A DNA stretch of 64,000 nucleotides, from the NCBI GenBank assembly GCA_964407105.1, contig CAYOUG010000003.1, positions 8,393 through 72,392 on the forward strand, written 5' to 3'. The position numbers and the translations under genes were made by a program. The DNA is from an uncultured Candidatus Saccharibacteria bacterium (GTDB lineage: Bacteria > Patescibacteriota > Minisyncoccia > Phycocordibacterales > CALRHW01). Below are positions 37,016-47,319 of this stretch, piece after piece; the first letter of the stretch is position 1, and each line of letters starts with the position of its first letter. The notes beneath the pieces were generated by a model. It ran no database searches. It saw only the letters and a list, made by a program, of their open reading frames with translations, and was not told where the DNA came from.

Positions 37016-38482
37016 CTACTTATGCCTCATCGTCGGAAACAAAATCACTTCTTTAATATTTTTTGTGTTGGTGAGCACCATAATGAGTCGGTCGATACCA
37101 ATTCCCACACCTCCTGCTGGTGGCATACCATATTCCATTGCTTCGATAAAATCCTCGTCAGTACTTTGAGCTTCTGTGTCCCCCTTTTGTTTATTTTCTT
37201 CTTGTTTTGCAAAACGTTCTCGTTGATCAAGCGGATCATTAAGTTCTGAAAATGCTTTTACAAGTTCTACCCCACCTATCACAAGCTGAAATACATCTAC
37301 AAGAGCATTATTATTTTCTTTCTTTTTAGCGAGCGGAAGATAGTCGGCAGGATAATCTACAATAAAAGTGGGTTGAATAAGTTTTGGTCGACAGGTTTTT
37401 TTATAAATATTATCGATAATTTTTTGCACAGGATCACTTGGATCTACTTTTACACCAAGTTGTTGTGCTTTATTGCGCGCCTCATCGAGCGTCATTGATT
37501 CGGGATTTGAAATGAGTGCGTAACGTTTTAGTAAATCGAGATACGAAATAACTGAAAACTTTTTTGAAAAATCGATTACGTTTCCATCAAATTCTATCTC
37601 CGTTTTCTTAAAAATTTTCTTTACAATAGTCTTGATCATTTTTTCAACGAGTTTCATTTGGCCACTTTTATCACTGTAGCTTTCGTAAAACTCAAGCATC
37701 GTAAACTCAGGATTGTGAGTCATATCGATACCTTCATTACGGAAATTACGATTGATTTCATACACTTTTGGAAAACCGCCGATAAGTAGCTTTTTTAAAT
37801 AAAGCTCTGGAGCAACACGCAAAAAGAGATCCATATCGAGCGCATTGTGATGTGTTTTAAAAGGCTCAGCACTTGCTCCCCCAGGAAGAGGCTGAAGCAT
37901 TGGTGTTTCTACTTCGAGAAAATCTGCTTTATCTAAAAACGTTCGAAGTTCGCGCACAAGATTTGAACGTAGTACAAAACGTTCTTTTACCTCCGGAGAC
38001 ATGAGGGTATCTAGATATCGACGACGAAAACGTTCGTCGGGATCTTGCAAACCACTCCATTTTTCTGGAAGCGGTCGAAGTCCTTTTGAAAGCATGGTCC
38101 AACCAAAAACTTGTAATGTTTTTTCTCCGCGCGCCGTAGTGAAAAGCGGACCATTCATTTGTACAAAATCTCCCACATCTGTAGTGTTTATAAAAAGATC
38201 AAATTGATCGTCTGGAAGCTCGCCCTTTTTAATGAGACCTTGAAAACGACCAGTACCATCGTCAAGTGTAAAAAAAGCAAGCGCCCCCTGAAGTCGCAAA
38301 GACATTATGCGTCCACACAAAGCAATGTTTTTTTTATTTCTTGCTAACGTTTCAAACTTTTTTGAAACATCTGCGAGAGAATAATCGTACTGTGAATTTA
38401 TTGGATATGGATTAACACCGGCTTTTTTTAAAGCATCTAATTTTCCTATTCTTATGTTTCGTATCTCTTCAAATGAAGACAT
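37016..38482 (-). CDS. lysS: Lysyl-tRNA synthetase, class II.
   Basis: A 488-aa ORF with an N-terminal anticodon-binding OB fold and class II motifs (…FLEVETPMLQ…, …GGVGIGIDRLIMVL…). Confidence 0.95.
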   Translation of the reverse strand: MSSFEEIRNIRIGKLDALKKAGVNPYPINSQYDYSLADVSKKFETLARNKKNIALCGRIMSLRLQGALAFFTLDDGTGRFQGLIKKGELPDDQFDLFINTTDVGDFVQMNGPLFTTARGEKTLQVFGWTMLSKGLRPLPEKWSGLQDPDERFRRRYLDTLMSPEVKERFVLRSNLVRELRTFLDKADFLEVETPMLQPLPGGASAEPFKTHHNALDMDLFLRVAPELYLKKLLIGGFPKVYEINRNFRNEGIDMTHNPEFTMLEFYESYSDKSGQMKLVEKMIKTIVKKIFKKTEIEFDGNVIDFSKKFSVISYLDLLKRYALISNPESMTLDEARNKAQQLGVKVDPSDPVQKIIDNIYKKTCRPKLIQPTFIVDYPADYLPLAKKKENNNALVDVFQLVIGGVELVKAFSELNDPLDQRERFAKQEENKQKGDTEAQSTDEDFIEAMEYGMPPAGGVGIGIDRLIMVLTNTKNIKEVILFPTMRHK

Positions 38483-38503
38483 TTGGAGAATTGATTAGTG
38501 AGT

Positions 38504-38971
38504 TTATTTAATCTCGACTACCTTATACTTTATCACACCTCCGGGAGTAGAGACAGAAAAGATTTCGTCTTTTTTGCGACCAATAAGCGCAGCGCCTAGT
38601 GGAGATGTCATGGATATTTTTTTTAAAGACATATCTGCTTCTTCAGAACCGACGATAGTATAAACCTGAGACTCTTTTTCTTTATCTTTTTGTATCACAA
38701 CAACCGAACCAACATCAACAGAACTTGTATCGTGAGTTTTTACAATTACCGATGTCTTTAAAATTGCTTCGAGTTTTGAAATACGATCTTCAATATTTGC
38801 TTGCATGTCTCGCGCTTCGTGATATTCGGCATTTTCAGAAAGATCACCGAGAGATTTTGCGTACTCAAGACTCTCGGCGACTTCTTTACGACGCGTAGTT
38901 TTGAGTTCTACAAGTTCATCTTTGAACTGTTCGAATTTCTCTTGTGTTAAATAATGTTTCTCGTCTTTCAT
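38504..38971 (-). CDS. greA: Transcription elongation factor GreA.
   Basis: A 155-aa ORF with an N-terminal coiled coil and a C-terminal FKBP-like domain (...PLGAALIGRKKDEIFSVSTPGG...). Confidence 0.9.
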   Translation of the reverse strand: MKDEKHYLTQEKFEQFKDELVELKTTRRKEVAESLEYAKSLGDLSENAEYHEARDMQANIEDRISKLEAILKTSVIVKTHDTSSVDVGSVVVIQKDKEKESQVYTIVGSEEADMSLKKISMTSPLGAALIGRKKDEIFSVSTPGGVIKYKVVEIK

Positions 38972-39059
38972 AGCTGTGTGTTCGTACTTAATGCAAAGTA
39001 TTGTATAGGGTTAGAGCACCAAAGTCAATTATCTTGTCACTCTCTGTGTTGTATAGTTT

Positions 39060-40781
39060 TTAATTTGATATACCGAGATATTCTGGCGAATTTATTTTCA
39101 TCCAATCAAGGAGTTGACGCATCACATAAGTGGCACCGAGCTGATTTGTACGAGCACCTTTTTCAAGAATAATAGCGAAAGAATATTTAGGATTATCATA
39201 AGGAAAAAAACCGGTTACCCAAGAATTAACGAGAAGTTTTGAAACACCGAGCTCAGCAGTACCAGTCTTTGCCGCCACCGCCACATAAGGCAAATTAAGT
39301 GCTCCTGCGGTCACAGTAAAAACCGCTTCACGCATTCCCTCTTGTACTATTTTAAAATACCCATCATCTATCGTAACCTCTCTTACTGAGGTTTTTGTGG
39401 GATGTGTTTTTTTGTCTAAAATTGTTGGTGTGAGCAATGTTCCTTTATTTGCAATCGCCGCAACACTGCGCGCCTCCTGAATGGGTGTGAGTTGAAAACC
39501 ATATTGACCGATAGATGTGTGGTATGTATCTCCAAGTCTCCAATCATCACCGTCAAACACTTTTTTCTTCCACTCTGGATTTGGAATAATTCCTTCTATT
39601 TCATTTGGCACATCGATACCAGTTTTTTCACCCAAGCCCATCATTCGTACATATTTTTCAATGTTTGTAATACCAAGACCTTTTTGATTTTCAAAACCCC
39701 CTCCGATAGTGTAAAAATATACGTCTGAAGAAAGTGCGAGCGCCTCCCGCATATCCACCCAACCGTGTGCCTTCCAATCTTTAAAAACAGTCTTTTGTGT
39801 TGGGTCATACGGATTAACAAGCTCGAGTGCACCAGTACTTAAAATCTTTTTTTGTGGGTCAATAATTTTTTCAACCAATGCGCCAAGCGCTATAAATGGT
39901 TTAACAATAGAACCGGGTGTATACAAACCAGAAACCGCTCGGTTTAAAAATGGATTATTTGTATCTTTTTGGTATCCCGCAATAATCGCCGAATCTTTTC
40001 CTTGTGTCATAACATTAGAGCTGTATTCTGGAAAACTTGTAAGCGCAAGAATTTCACCTGTGTGTACATCCATTATTACTCCAGCACCACCACGAAAACC
40101 ATATTCTTCAGATGCGTGTTGTATAGCACGATAAAGTTCTTGTTGCACATTAGAATCGATAGACAGCGTAACATTTTTTCCATCAACGGGCGGCTCCACA
40201 ACATTTTGAGATTTTAATTCTCCAAGAGCATTTGTTTCAACTATTCTCACACCATTTTTACCAGAAAGAATATCGTTAAATGTTTTTTCTGCTCCATCTT
40301 TTCCAACATATTCTGTACGATAATAAAAACCAGAATTATCTTTGTCCGGATATTTTAAATAACCAACTATATGTGAGATACCTTGTATTGAAGCAAAAGA
40401 ACGTAATGCAAAATCAGGTTCATCTGGGTTAATAGTATTAAAAGCGAGCTCTACACCATTTCTATCATAAATAATTCCTCGATTTGAAAAAATTGATGTG
40501 TGTTGAAGACGATTATTTTCACTTTGTTCAGCAAAAGCTTCACCACGATGAACCTGAAGAACCCAAATACGCGATAAAAATAAAATGGCAACCAGCATAA
40601 AACATGATCCCAACAACACCATAGTTTTTTTTGATATGGGTTTTTCAAGACGACCCTCAAATTGATAAACATCAAACTGCGGTAAATTACGTGCATCAAT
40701 AAAGATCTCATCTGGGTATATTTCAGAATCAGAGTAAGAACGTCTATGCCTAAATAATTTTATAAATTTTCTCCAAGACAT
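39060..40781 (-). CDS. mrdA: Penicillin-binding protein 2, the elongasome transpeptidase.
   Basis: An N-terminal transmembrane segment and the motifs SxxK (GSIVKPF) and KTG (AAKTGTAE). It lies immediately downstream of mreBCD. Confidence 0.85.
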   Translation of the reverse strand: MSWRKFIKLFRHRRSYSDSEIYPDEIFIDARNLPQFDVYQFEGRLEKPISKKTMVLLGSCFMLVAILFLSRIWVLQVHRGEAFAEQSENNRLQHTSIFSNRGIIYDRNGVELAFNTINPDEPDFALRSFASIQGISHIVGYLKYPDKDNSGFYYRTEYVGKDGAEKTFNDILSGKNGVRIVETNALGELKSQNVVEPPVDGKNVTLSIDSNVQQELYRAIQHASEEYGFRGGAGVIMDVHTGEILALTSFPEYSSNVMTQGKDSAIIAGYQKDTNNPFLNRAVSGLYTPGSIVKPFIALGALVEKIIDPQKKILSTGALELVNPYDPTQKTVFKDWKAHGWVDMREALALSSDVYFYTIGGGFENQKGLGITNIEKYVRMMGLGEKTGIDVPNEIEGIIPNPEWKKKVFDGDDWRLGDTYHTSIGQYGFQLTPIQEARSVAAIANKGTLLTPTILDKKTHPTKTSVREVTIDDGYFKIVQEGMREAVFTVTAGALNLPYVAVAAKTGTAELGVSKLLVNSWVTGFFPYDNPKYSFAIILEKGARTNQLGATYVMRQLLDWMKINSPEYLGISN

Positions 40782-40784
40782 ATT

Positions 40785-41042
40785 TTAAGAATAAAAAGAA
40801 AGTCTTTTTTTCAAATACAATGATACCAAAAAAACAAGTGACGCATATAAAAGAAAAGGAATTCCCCACCAATGATCGGCAACACCATATAATGCATCAA
40901 AAATGACAGCAAAAAACAATATTTCATAATATGAAGCAAAATAAAAAACAAGAATCGGTACAAGAATACAAAACAACCACCATGGCGCAAAAAAAACAGC
41001 AACACACATGCACAAATCTATAAATATGCGCAATAAACTCAT
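40785..41042 (-). CDS. mreD: Small hydrophobic protein in the position of MreD.
   Basis: An 85-aa ORF with 2-3 transmembrane segments, located between mreC and the PBP2 gene. Confidence 0.45.
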   Translation of the reverse strand: MSLLRIFIDLCMCVAVFFAPWWLFCILVPILVFYFASYYEILFFAVIFDALYGVADHWWGIPFLLYASLVFLVSLYLKKRLSFYS

Positions 41043-41046
41043 TTTA

Positions 41047-41844
41047 TTATTTTAAAATTGAAACCAAACGAAGTTCGCCTATGTGTACGGGTGTTTTACA
41101 AAATATTCTTTTAAAAGAATCCGTAGGTACTGATTCGATCGCTTCTACTATAGCCAAAATGTGTGGTACAATGCCCGGCAATATAATTTTATCTCCCTCT
41201 ATAACATCAACATCTTGAGGTACACGTATTTCAAAATTTCCACCCCCAGTACCAACAAGTTCAACCGACAAACTATTTCTATCAACAAGTGCGTCTGTGT
41301 GAGTATCAACGCTTGAAAAAAGCTTAGCTCTAGATGTTTTTTCAAACACCTGATCAATTACACCCAAAACAACTGTATCACTTGCAAACACCATATTACC
41401 AATCGTAACAGCCGAATCCAACCCCACATCAAGTATAAATGTGTCATACGCTGAGTGTGGTGGGCGCACAAGTACGGCAGAAAGTATTGCGGAAATATTT
41501 GTATTACGACCCCAAGATTGTTTAAATTCTTTATTTTCTTGCTCAACCACCGACTGTGCCAATAATTTAATACGAATATCCACCAATTCTTGTTCAAGTG
41601 CCTTATTTTTTTCAACAAGTTTTATGCGCGATAAAAAAAATCCACGAATTGCGCTTGTGTGCTCCATAATAAAATTACCAGAAACCCACAGCGGTCTTCC
41701 TATACCCTGAGACATTTTTGGAAAAAATAATGGCGAAAAAACAGTAAAACATACCACAACAAAAATAACCACACCGATTACTAAAAACGGCATCAAATGT
41801 TTTTTACCTTTTCTATTATTTTGAAGTGGGAAGTTCATCTTCAT
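41047..41844 (-). CDS. mreC: Rod shape-determining protein MreC.
   Basis: An N-terminal transmembrane segment, a coiled coil (LEQELVDIRIKLLAQ) and the beta-rich MreC core, in operon context. Confidence 0.8.
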   Translation of the reverse strand: MKMNFPLQNNRKGKKHLMPFLVIGVVIFVVVCFTVFSPLFFPKMSQGIGRPLWVSGNFIMEHTSAIRGFFLSRIKLVEKNKALEQELVDIRIKLLAQSVVEQENKEFKQSWGRNTNISAILSAVLVRPPHSAYDTFILDVGLDSAVTIGNMVFASDTVVLGVIDQVFEKTSRAKLFSSVDTHTDALVDRNSLSVELVGTGGGNFEIRVPQDVDVIEGDKIILPGIVPHILAIVEAIESVPTDSFKRIFCKTPVHIGELRLVSILK

Positions 41845-42892
41845 GAATAATAAGTACCTCTTTAAAACCCTCCAAGTCTTCTAAAATCATACCTGTACCA
41901 CGAGCTACAGCAGTAAGAGGATCTTCCGCAATATATACAGGAATTTTAATATATTCATGAAGCAAAGCATCAAGACCCTTTATAAGTGCACCTCCACCGG
42001 TCAAATAAAGACCTCGATGCATTACGTCAGCAAGAATTTCTGGAGGGGTCGTTTCAAGAACTTCGCGCACCGATTCTACAAGTGTGTCTATAGACTGTGA
42101 AATAGCTTCGCGAATATCTGCATCAGTAATTACAACCTCTTTTGGAAGACCAGTAATAAGATCTCGTCCTTTAATAATTGCCTCCATAGGTACATCCCCA
42201 GGAATTACCGAACCAATCGCGATTTTTACACTCTCTGCGGTTTTTTCACCAATTAAAATTTTAAATTCACTACGAATATAAGAAATTATATCGCTATTAA
42301 GTTTGTCTCCTGCGATTCGCAAATTTTTTGAACACACCACACCCCCAAGAGAAATGACAGCGATGTCTGAGGTGCCTCCACCGATATCTAAAACCATACT
42401 TCCCACCGGATCCATCACCGGCAAACGAATACCAATAGCCGCCGCCACTGGCTCCTCTACAATATGCACCTCGCGAGCGCCAGCATTTTTTGTAGCATCA
42501 CGCACTGCACGTATTTCAACACTTGTAATACCAGACGGCACTCCCACCACAACGCGAGGACCAAAAAAAGTTCGGGTGTCTTTTTGCGCTTGATTTAATA
42601 AATACGCGATCATTTCTTCGGTTATTTCAAAATCAGAAATAACACCGTCAACTAAGGGACGCACCGCTACAATATGTCCAGGCGTACGACCAAGCATTTG
42701 TTTTGCTTGATTGCCTATCGCCACAACACGCCCAGTTTTTTGATTAACCGCAACCACAGATGGTTCATTGAGCACGACACCTCTACCCTTCATATAAACA
42801 AGAGTATTTGCCGTACCCAAATCAATTCCAATATCGTTGGAAAAGAGTGTATAGAATCTTTCTATCTTTTTTTTCAGTCGTGACAGCCACAT
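41816..42892 (-). CDS. mreB: Rod shape-determining protein MreB (actin-like ATPase).
   Basis: The phosphate-1 motif GIDLGTANTLVY and other actin-fold motifs are present. Confidence 0.9.
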   Translation of the reverse strand: MWLSRLKKKIERFYTLFSNDIGIDLGTANTLVYMKGRGVVLNEPSVVAVNQKTGRVVAIGNQAKQMLGRTPGHIVAVRPLVDGVISDFEITEEMIAYLLNQAQKDTRTFFGPRVVVGVPSGITSVEIRAVRDATKNAGAREVHIVEEPVAAAIGIRLPVMDPVGSMVLDIGGGTSDIAVISLGGVVCSKNLRIAGDKLNSDIISYIRSEFKILIGEKTAESVKIAIGSVIPGDVPMEAIIKGRDLITGLPKEVVITDADIREAISQSIDTLVESVREVLETTPPEILADVMHRGLYLTGGGALIKGLDALLHEYIKIPVYIAEDPLTAVARGTGMILEDLEGFKEVLIIHEDELPTSK

Positions 42893-42898
42893 ATATGT

Positions 42899-44164
42899 TT
42901 AGAATTTCTGCAATACCGCACGTGCATTACTCTCCTCAATATCTTTAAGAGCACACATTTCTGTTTTATTTGTTTTTCGTATTTTTACTTCAACAGAATT
43001 TTTTTCAAGAGTTTTTTCACTAATCACAAGACGAAATGGTATACCGATTAAATCCGAATCAGCAAATTTTTCTCCAGCACGCACATTGCGATCATCAAAA
43101 AGAACTTCAACGCCTTGGGTTTGAAGTGTATTGTAAAGAGAAAGTGCTTTTTCTTTAACTTCTTCGCTTTCACCCACCGCCACAAGATGCACCAAAAATG
43201 GCGCAACACATTCTGGCCAAATAATACCCGCTTCATCTCCAAGCACTTCTGCGATAGTGCCCATAAGACGACCGATACCTATACCATAGCTTCCCATAAC
43301 AACCGGCTGTGGTTTGCCCTGTTCATCTAAGTAAGTAAGTTCAAACGCATCGGAAAAACGCGTACCCAAATTAAAAATATTTCCGACTTCAATGGCTGTT
43401 TTTTCTTCAAGTTTTGAATTACCACATTCTGGACACACAGAGTGTTCTTGAATAATTTCCTTATTTACTGCCACCCTACACTTTTCACAGACAAAAATAG
43501 TATCTTCGCCAGATTGAGTTATTGTTTGAAACTCATGAGAATATTTACTAAAACTACCACCAGAAGCAAAAGTTAGATATGTAAAATCACCAAGACCAAC
43601 TGTGTTAAAAATATTTTTATATACCTCTTTCATTTTTTCATAAAACACCAATCGATCATCTTCATTTTTTGAAAATGAATAAAGATCTTTCATTAAAAAT
43701 TCTCGCCCACGAAGCATGCCACTCTTAGAACGTGCTTCATTTCTAAATTTTGTTTGAAATTGATAAGGGTAACATGGCAAATCACGATATGAATGAATGT
43801 AGTTTTTCATAAGTGCAGTAAGTGGTTCTTCGTGTGTTGTGGCGAGTCCAATCTCGCTACCATTTTTAAGTTGTGTTTTAAACCACACATCAAGCACCTC
43901 ATCATTCCATCGGCCACTTTTTTGCCACACCTCTTTGTCTTGTAGTGCTGTTAAAAATATTTCTTGCCCACCAACCTTATTCATTTCATCACGCACCACC
44001 TGCGTAATTTTTTGCATCACACGCACACCGAGCGGAAGAAGAGAATACACTCCTGCCATTTCTTTATGAATAAATCCTGCACGAATGAGAAGTTCTGCGT
44101 TTTTTGACACCTCATCTTTTGGCGCTTCTTTTCGTGTTTTTGTAAAAAGTAAAGACTGTAACAT
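42899..44164 (-). CDS. proS: Prolyl-tRNA synthetase, a short bacterial form without the editing insertion.
   Basis: Aligns with ProRS (TRKEAPKDEV...LIRAGFI...GVYSLLPLGVRV...WQKSGRW; class II motifs). At 421 aa it is consistent with loss of the INS domain. Confidence 0.85.
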   Translation of the reverse strand: MLQSLLFTKTRKEAPKDEVSKNAELLIRAGFIHKEMAGVYSLLPLGVRVMQKITQVVRDEMNKVGGQEIFLTALQDKEVWQKSGRWNDEVLDVWFKTQLKNGSEIGLATTHEEPLTALMKNYIHSYRDLPCYPYQFQTKFRNEARSKSGMLRGREFLMKDLYSFSKNEDDRLVFYEKMKEVYKNIFNTVGLGDFTYLTFASGGSFSKYSHEFQTITQSGEDTIFVCEKCRVAVNKEIIQEHSVCPECGNSKLEEKTAIEVGNIFNLGTRFSDAFELTYLDEQGKPQPVVMGSYGIGIGRLMGTIAEVLGDEAGIIWPECVAPFLVHLVAVGESEEVKEKALSLYNTLQTQGVEVLFDDRNVRAGEKFADSDLIGIPFRLVISEKTLEKNSVEVKIRKTNKTEMCALKDIEESNARAVLQKF

Positions 44165-44170
44165 GCATAG

Positions 44171-44200
44171 ATAGTATCACTAAAGGAGGTGGTGGGTCAA
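44171..44200 (-). promoter_or_regulatory. Sigma-70-like promoter TTGACC-N18-TACTAT placed 6 nt upstream of the proS ATG, implying a leaderless mRNA.
   Basis: The minus strand reads TTGACC-caccacctcctttagtga-TACTAT-ctatgc-ATG. No Shine-Dalgarno sequence is present. Confidence 0.4.
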
Positions 44201-44215
44201 AAAAAGATTTTTATT

Positions 44216-45577
44216 TTATTTCTCTGGCACATCAAAAATAGAGGGGTGCAAATCATTACCAGCCACTAGATTAGCGATACGCCGACCACCATATATAGAG
44301 GGCAAAATACCAATACCATTGCAACCGAGGTTATACATCAACACTGGATTTTTTGGCTCTACACCAATCAGTCGAACATAGTTTTTGGTATAACCCATGA
44401 GTCCGTGCCACGTAAACTCATACTCAACTTTTTTGTTTGGATCAGTATCGTAAACACGTTTTACAAATTCGTCTATTTTTTCTGCCATTTCGTCTGGAAA
44501 ATTTGTATCAAATGAATAAAGATTACTGTCGTCTAAATCAAGTTCTGGACCACCTATTGAAATAATATTGTGATGATTGTTTGCCTCCATCTCGTACGCT
44601 CGACGTGTAAGATAAAAATACGGATCAGTGGGTGTTTGATCTGAATTAAAATAACTAATAGCAATTGGTGATTTGTTCATTTTCTCCAAATACCCAGACA
44701 TGTATCCCACCGTACCACTCACGAGATGATGAAATTTTGTATCAATATCAAGGCCAGATTCATTTAAAATAGTGATACTTTCAAAACCGTTGGTACAAAA
44801 AACTACACGGTGTGTGGTAATAGTACATATACCAGCGTCTAAAATAGCTTCGTCTTTTTTTAATACCACCTTATTTATCGTTGTGTGCTCGTATAATGAA
44901 AAACGATCTGGAAATTTTTGAAGTAAATAAAGCACAACCTCTTCACAAAACAAAGCGCTGTTTACACAGCCTTTTTGATCAGACAAAACCGCAATAAAAT
45001 CTGTGGATTCTGTTTCGAGTTTAGAAAGAATTTCTTTTTTGGGTACGGTTGTATATAAACCATCGTATTCATCAGAAATATTGTGCAAAAAATCAGCATC
45101 ATCCGCAATCAATATTTGTTCAGCATAAAGCCCGGCTTCTCTACGATAATAATTATTTTTTAAATTAAATATAACTTGATCACTTGTGGAAAGACCCGCA
45201 TGACCCAAAAAACGAGAAAATGGAATATTTAAATGTGCATCCGTATACATTTCATCAATAAGTTCCCATGCACTTTCTACAGCACGTTGACCATCTCTAG
45301 CAAGTTCAAGACCAAACTCTTCTACCAAACTCGCAAAACCTCGTTCAAAATAACTCACAACCTGTCCAGCGTTGTGTCCCGTGGCACCGTGGGCGAGTTT
45401 AAAACGATCTACCATCGTTACTTTTTTATCTGTGTATTTAAGAATAAAAAAAGCGGTTGATACACCAGCGATGCCAGCACCTATCACTGCAACATCTGTT
45501 TCAATATCAGCGTGAAGTGTCGTGCTTTGTCTATCTTTTCGAAGTTGATGGATCCACGGCGATCGATTTTTTTTCAT
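44216..45577 (-). CDS. FAD-dependent oxidoreductase of the DAO (glycine/D-amino-acid oxidase-like) family.
   Basis: The N-terminal Rossmann motif DVAVIGAGIAGVSTAF is present, in a 453-aa ORF. Confidence 0.65.
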   Translation of the reverse strand: MKKNRSPWIHQLRKDRQSTTLHADIETDVAVIGAGIAGVSTAFFILKYTDKKVTMVDRFKLAHGATGHNAGQVVSYFERGFASLVEEFGLELARDGQRAVESAWELIDEMYTDAHLNIPFSRFLGHAGLSTSDQVIFNLKNNYYRREAGLYAEQILIADDADFLHNISDEYDGLYTTVPKKEILSKLETESTDFIAVLSDQKGCVNSALFCEEVVLYLLQKFPDRFSLYEHTTINKVVLKKDEAILDAGICTITTHRVVFCTNGFESITILNESGLDIDTKFHHLVSGTVGYMSGYLEKMNKSPIAISYFNSDQTPTDPYFYLTRRAYEMEANNHHNIISIGGPELDLDDSNLYSFDTNFPDEMAEKIDEFVKRVYDTDPNKKVEYEFTWHGLMGYTKNYVRLIGVEPKNPVLMYNLGCNGIGILPSIYGGRRIANLVAGNDLHPSIFDVPEK

Positions 45578-45604
45578 GAAATACTTCTTAAAAACTTTTA
45601 AAAA

Positions 45605-46699
45605 TTAAAATAATTTAATAATGTCGTGAAGAGTTACTACCGCCATAAGAATAAGTAGAAGTAAAAAACCAATACCGTTTGCAGTATTAAGTATTTTAGC
45701 ACTGATTGGTTTTCCTTTTATTTTTTCAACAAGTACAAAAAGGAGTCGTCCACCATCTAGTGCTGGAAAAGGAAGAAGATTAATAACAGCAAGATTGATT
45801 GAAATAAATGCTGTAAAAGAAAGAAGTGTAATAAAACCAAGCGCTGACGCATCACCCACCATTCCTACAATTCCCACAGGACCGGTCACTTGAGAAAAAT
45901 CTCCTCTTCCTGTAACGGCGTCATACAAAAATGAAGCCAAACCAACCGTAATAGCTTTTGTAAGATTTGTTGTGCTTTTGGCACCTTCCCAAAGTGCAAG
46001 ATGTATAGGCAAACGCAACGTACCAATCATATCCATGGACACACCTATAGCTTTTCTGTCTTGCACAATTCCATCCGCAGGAGTCACCGCAGACTCAAAT
46101 TTTTCTTCACCACGCAAATGATCAATGGTTATTTTTTCATTTTCATGATTTTTAATAAATTCAGAAACAGTATCCGGAGTAATATTTGAAAGTTCAAGTG
46201 TACCAGCACTCACCGCCACAATAGCGTCACCTGTTTTTATATTTGACTGAGATGCAGGAGAATTTTCCGCAACACTCGTTATCACCACCCGAGCATTTTC
46301 TACCGTTCCCACGCTAGTAGATCCTACCGGTGTCGGCAAACCAGACATAAAACCAATCGAGATAAGAAGCCAAGCAAAAATAACATTAAAAGAAACACCC
46401 GCCACAAGCACAAGCGCTTGTATCCATTTTGGTTTATTTACAAAACTTCTTTTACTTTCTGGGCCTTGTGTCGATTCTTCATCTGGATTTTCCCCAAAAA
46501 TTTTAACGAAACCACCAAAAGGAATTGCGTTCAATGTAAAATCAGTTTCTTTCCAGCGAAAAAGTGTGGCAATTTTTGGAGGAAAACCGATACCAAACTC
46601 AGTTACTTTTATCCCCGATTTTACCGCCACAATAAAATGACCAAATTCATGCACCAAAATAAGAAGGGCTAAAATAACAATAAAAATAATGACAGACAT
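45605..46699 (-). CDS. rseP: Regulated intramembrane proteolysis (site-2) zinc metalloprotease RseP, M50 family.
   Basis: There is an N-terminal HEFGHF zinc motif, a central PDZ domain and multiple transmembrane segments. Confidence 0.85.
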   Translation of the reverse strand: MSVIIFIVILALLILVHEFGHFIVAVKSGIKVTEFGIGFPPKIATLFRWKETDFTLNAIPFGGFVKIFGENPDEESTQGPESKRSFVNKPKWIQALVLVAGVSFNVIFAWLLISIGFMSGLPTPVGSTSVGTVENARVVITSVAENSPASQSNIKTGDAIVAVSAGTLELSNITPDTVSEFIKNHENEKITIDHLRGEEKFESAVTPADGIVQDRKAIGVSMDMIGTLRLPIHLALWEGAKSTTNLTKAITVGLASFLYDAVTGRGDFSQVTGPVGIVGMVGDASALGFITLLSFTAFISINLAVINLLPFPALDGGRLLFVLVEKIKGKPISAKILNTANGIGFLLLLILMAVVTLHDIIKLF

Positions 46700-46730
46700 A
46701 TATTGGTGTACAAATTAGCCCGTGAGGGCT

Positions 46731-47282
46731 TTAGCTCATAATTTCTTTTTCTTTTGCTTCTGCAAACTCTTCAAGTTTTTTGTTGGCATCGTCAACAATT
46801 TTTTGCATTTCATTTTTTAAACGAAATTTTTCATCCTCACCCATTCCGCCAGCTTTTTCGGCGTTTTGAATATCTGCCCACACCTTTTCTCGTTCGGTAC
46901 GCAATGTGACACGTGCTTCTTCAAGTTTTTGTTTTGCCATTTTTACAAAAGCATTACGACTTTCGGTGGTAAGCTCTGGAAAAGTTACGCGTAAACCCTT
47001 GTCGTCTACCGCCACAGACAAACCAAGATTTGATGTGATAATCGCCTTTTCAACCGCTTTTGCTTGTGACATATCCCATGGAGTAATACGCAAACTACGT
47101 GCGCCCTCAATAGAAACACTCCCCACCTGACTAATAGGACTTCTTGCGCCATATACTTCTACAAAAACACCATCAAGAATGTTTGGAGTGGCTCTTCCTG
47201 TGCGTATCGAAGAAAACTCTTTTTTAAGCCACTCTTCGAGATCTTTTATACCCTGTTTAAATGATGCAAAGTTGTATGCCAT
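46731..47282 (-). CDS. frr: Ribosome recycling factor.
   Basis: A typical 183-aa RRF sequence (…RTGRATPNILDGVFVEVYG…). Confidence 0.9.
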   Translation of the reverse strand: MAYNFASFKQGIKDLEEWLKKEFSSIRTGRATPNILDGVFVEVYGARSPISQVGSVSIEGARSLRITPWDMSQAKAVEKAIITSNLGLSVAVDDKGLRVTFPELTTESRNAFVKMAKQKLEEARVTLRTEREKVWADIQNAEKAGGMGEDEKFRLKNEMQKIVDDANKKLEEFAEAKEKEIMS

Positions 47283-47319
47283 ATGGTTTTAAAGATGTTT
47301 TTCTAGTAATACAAAGATT

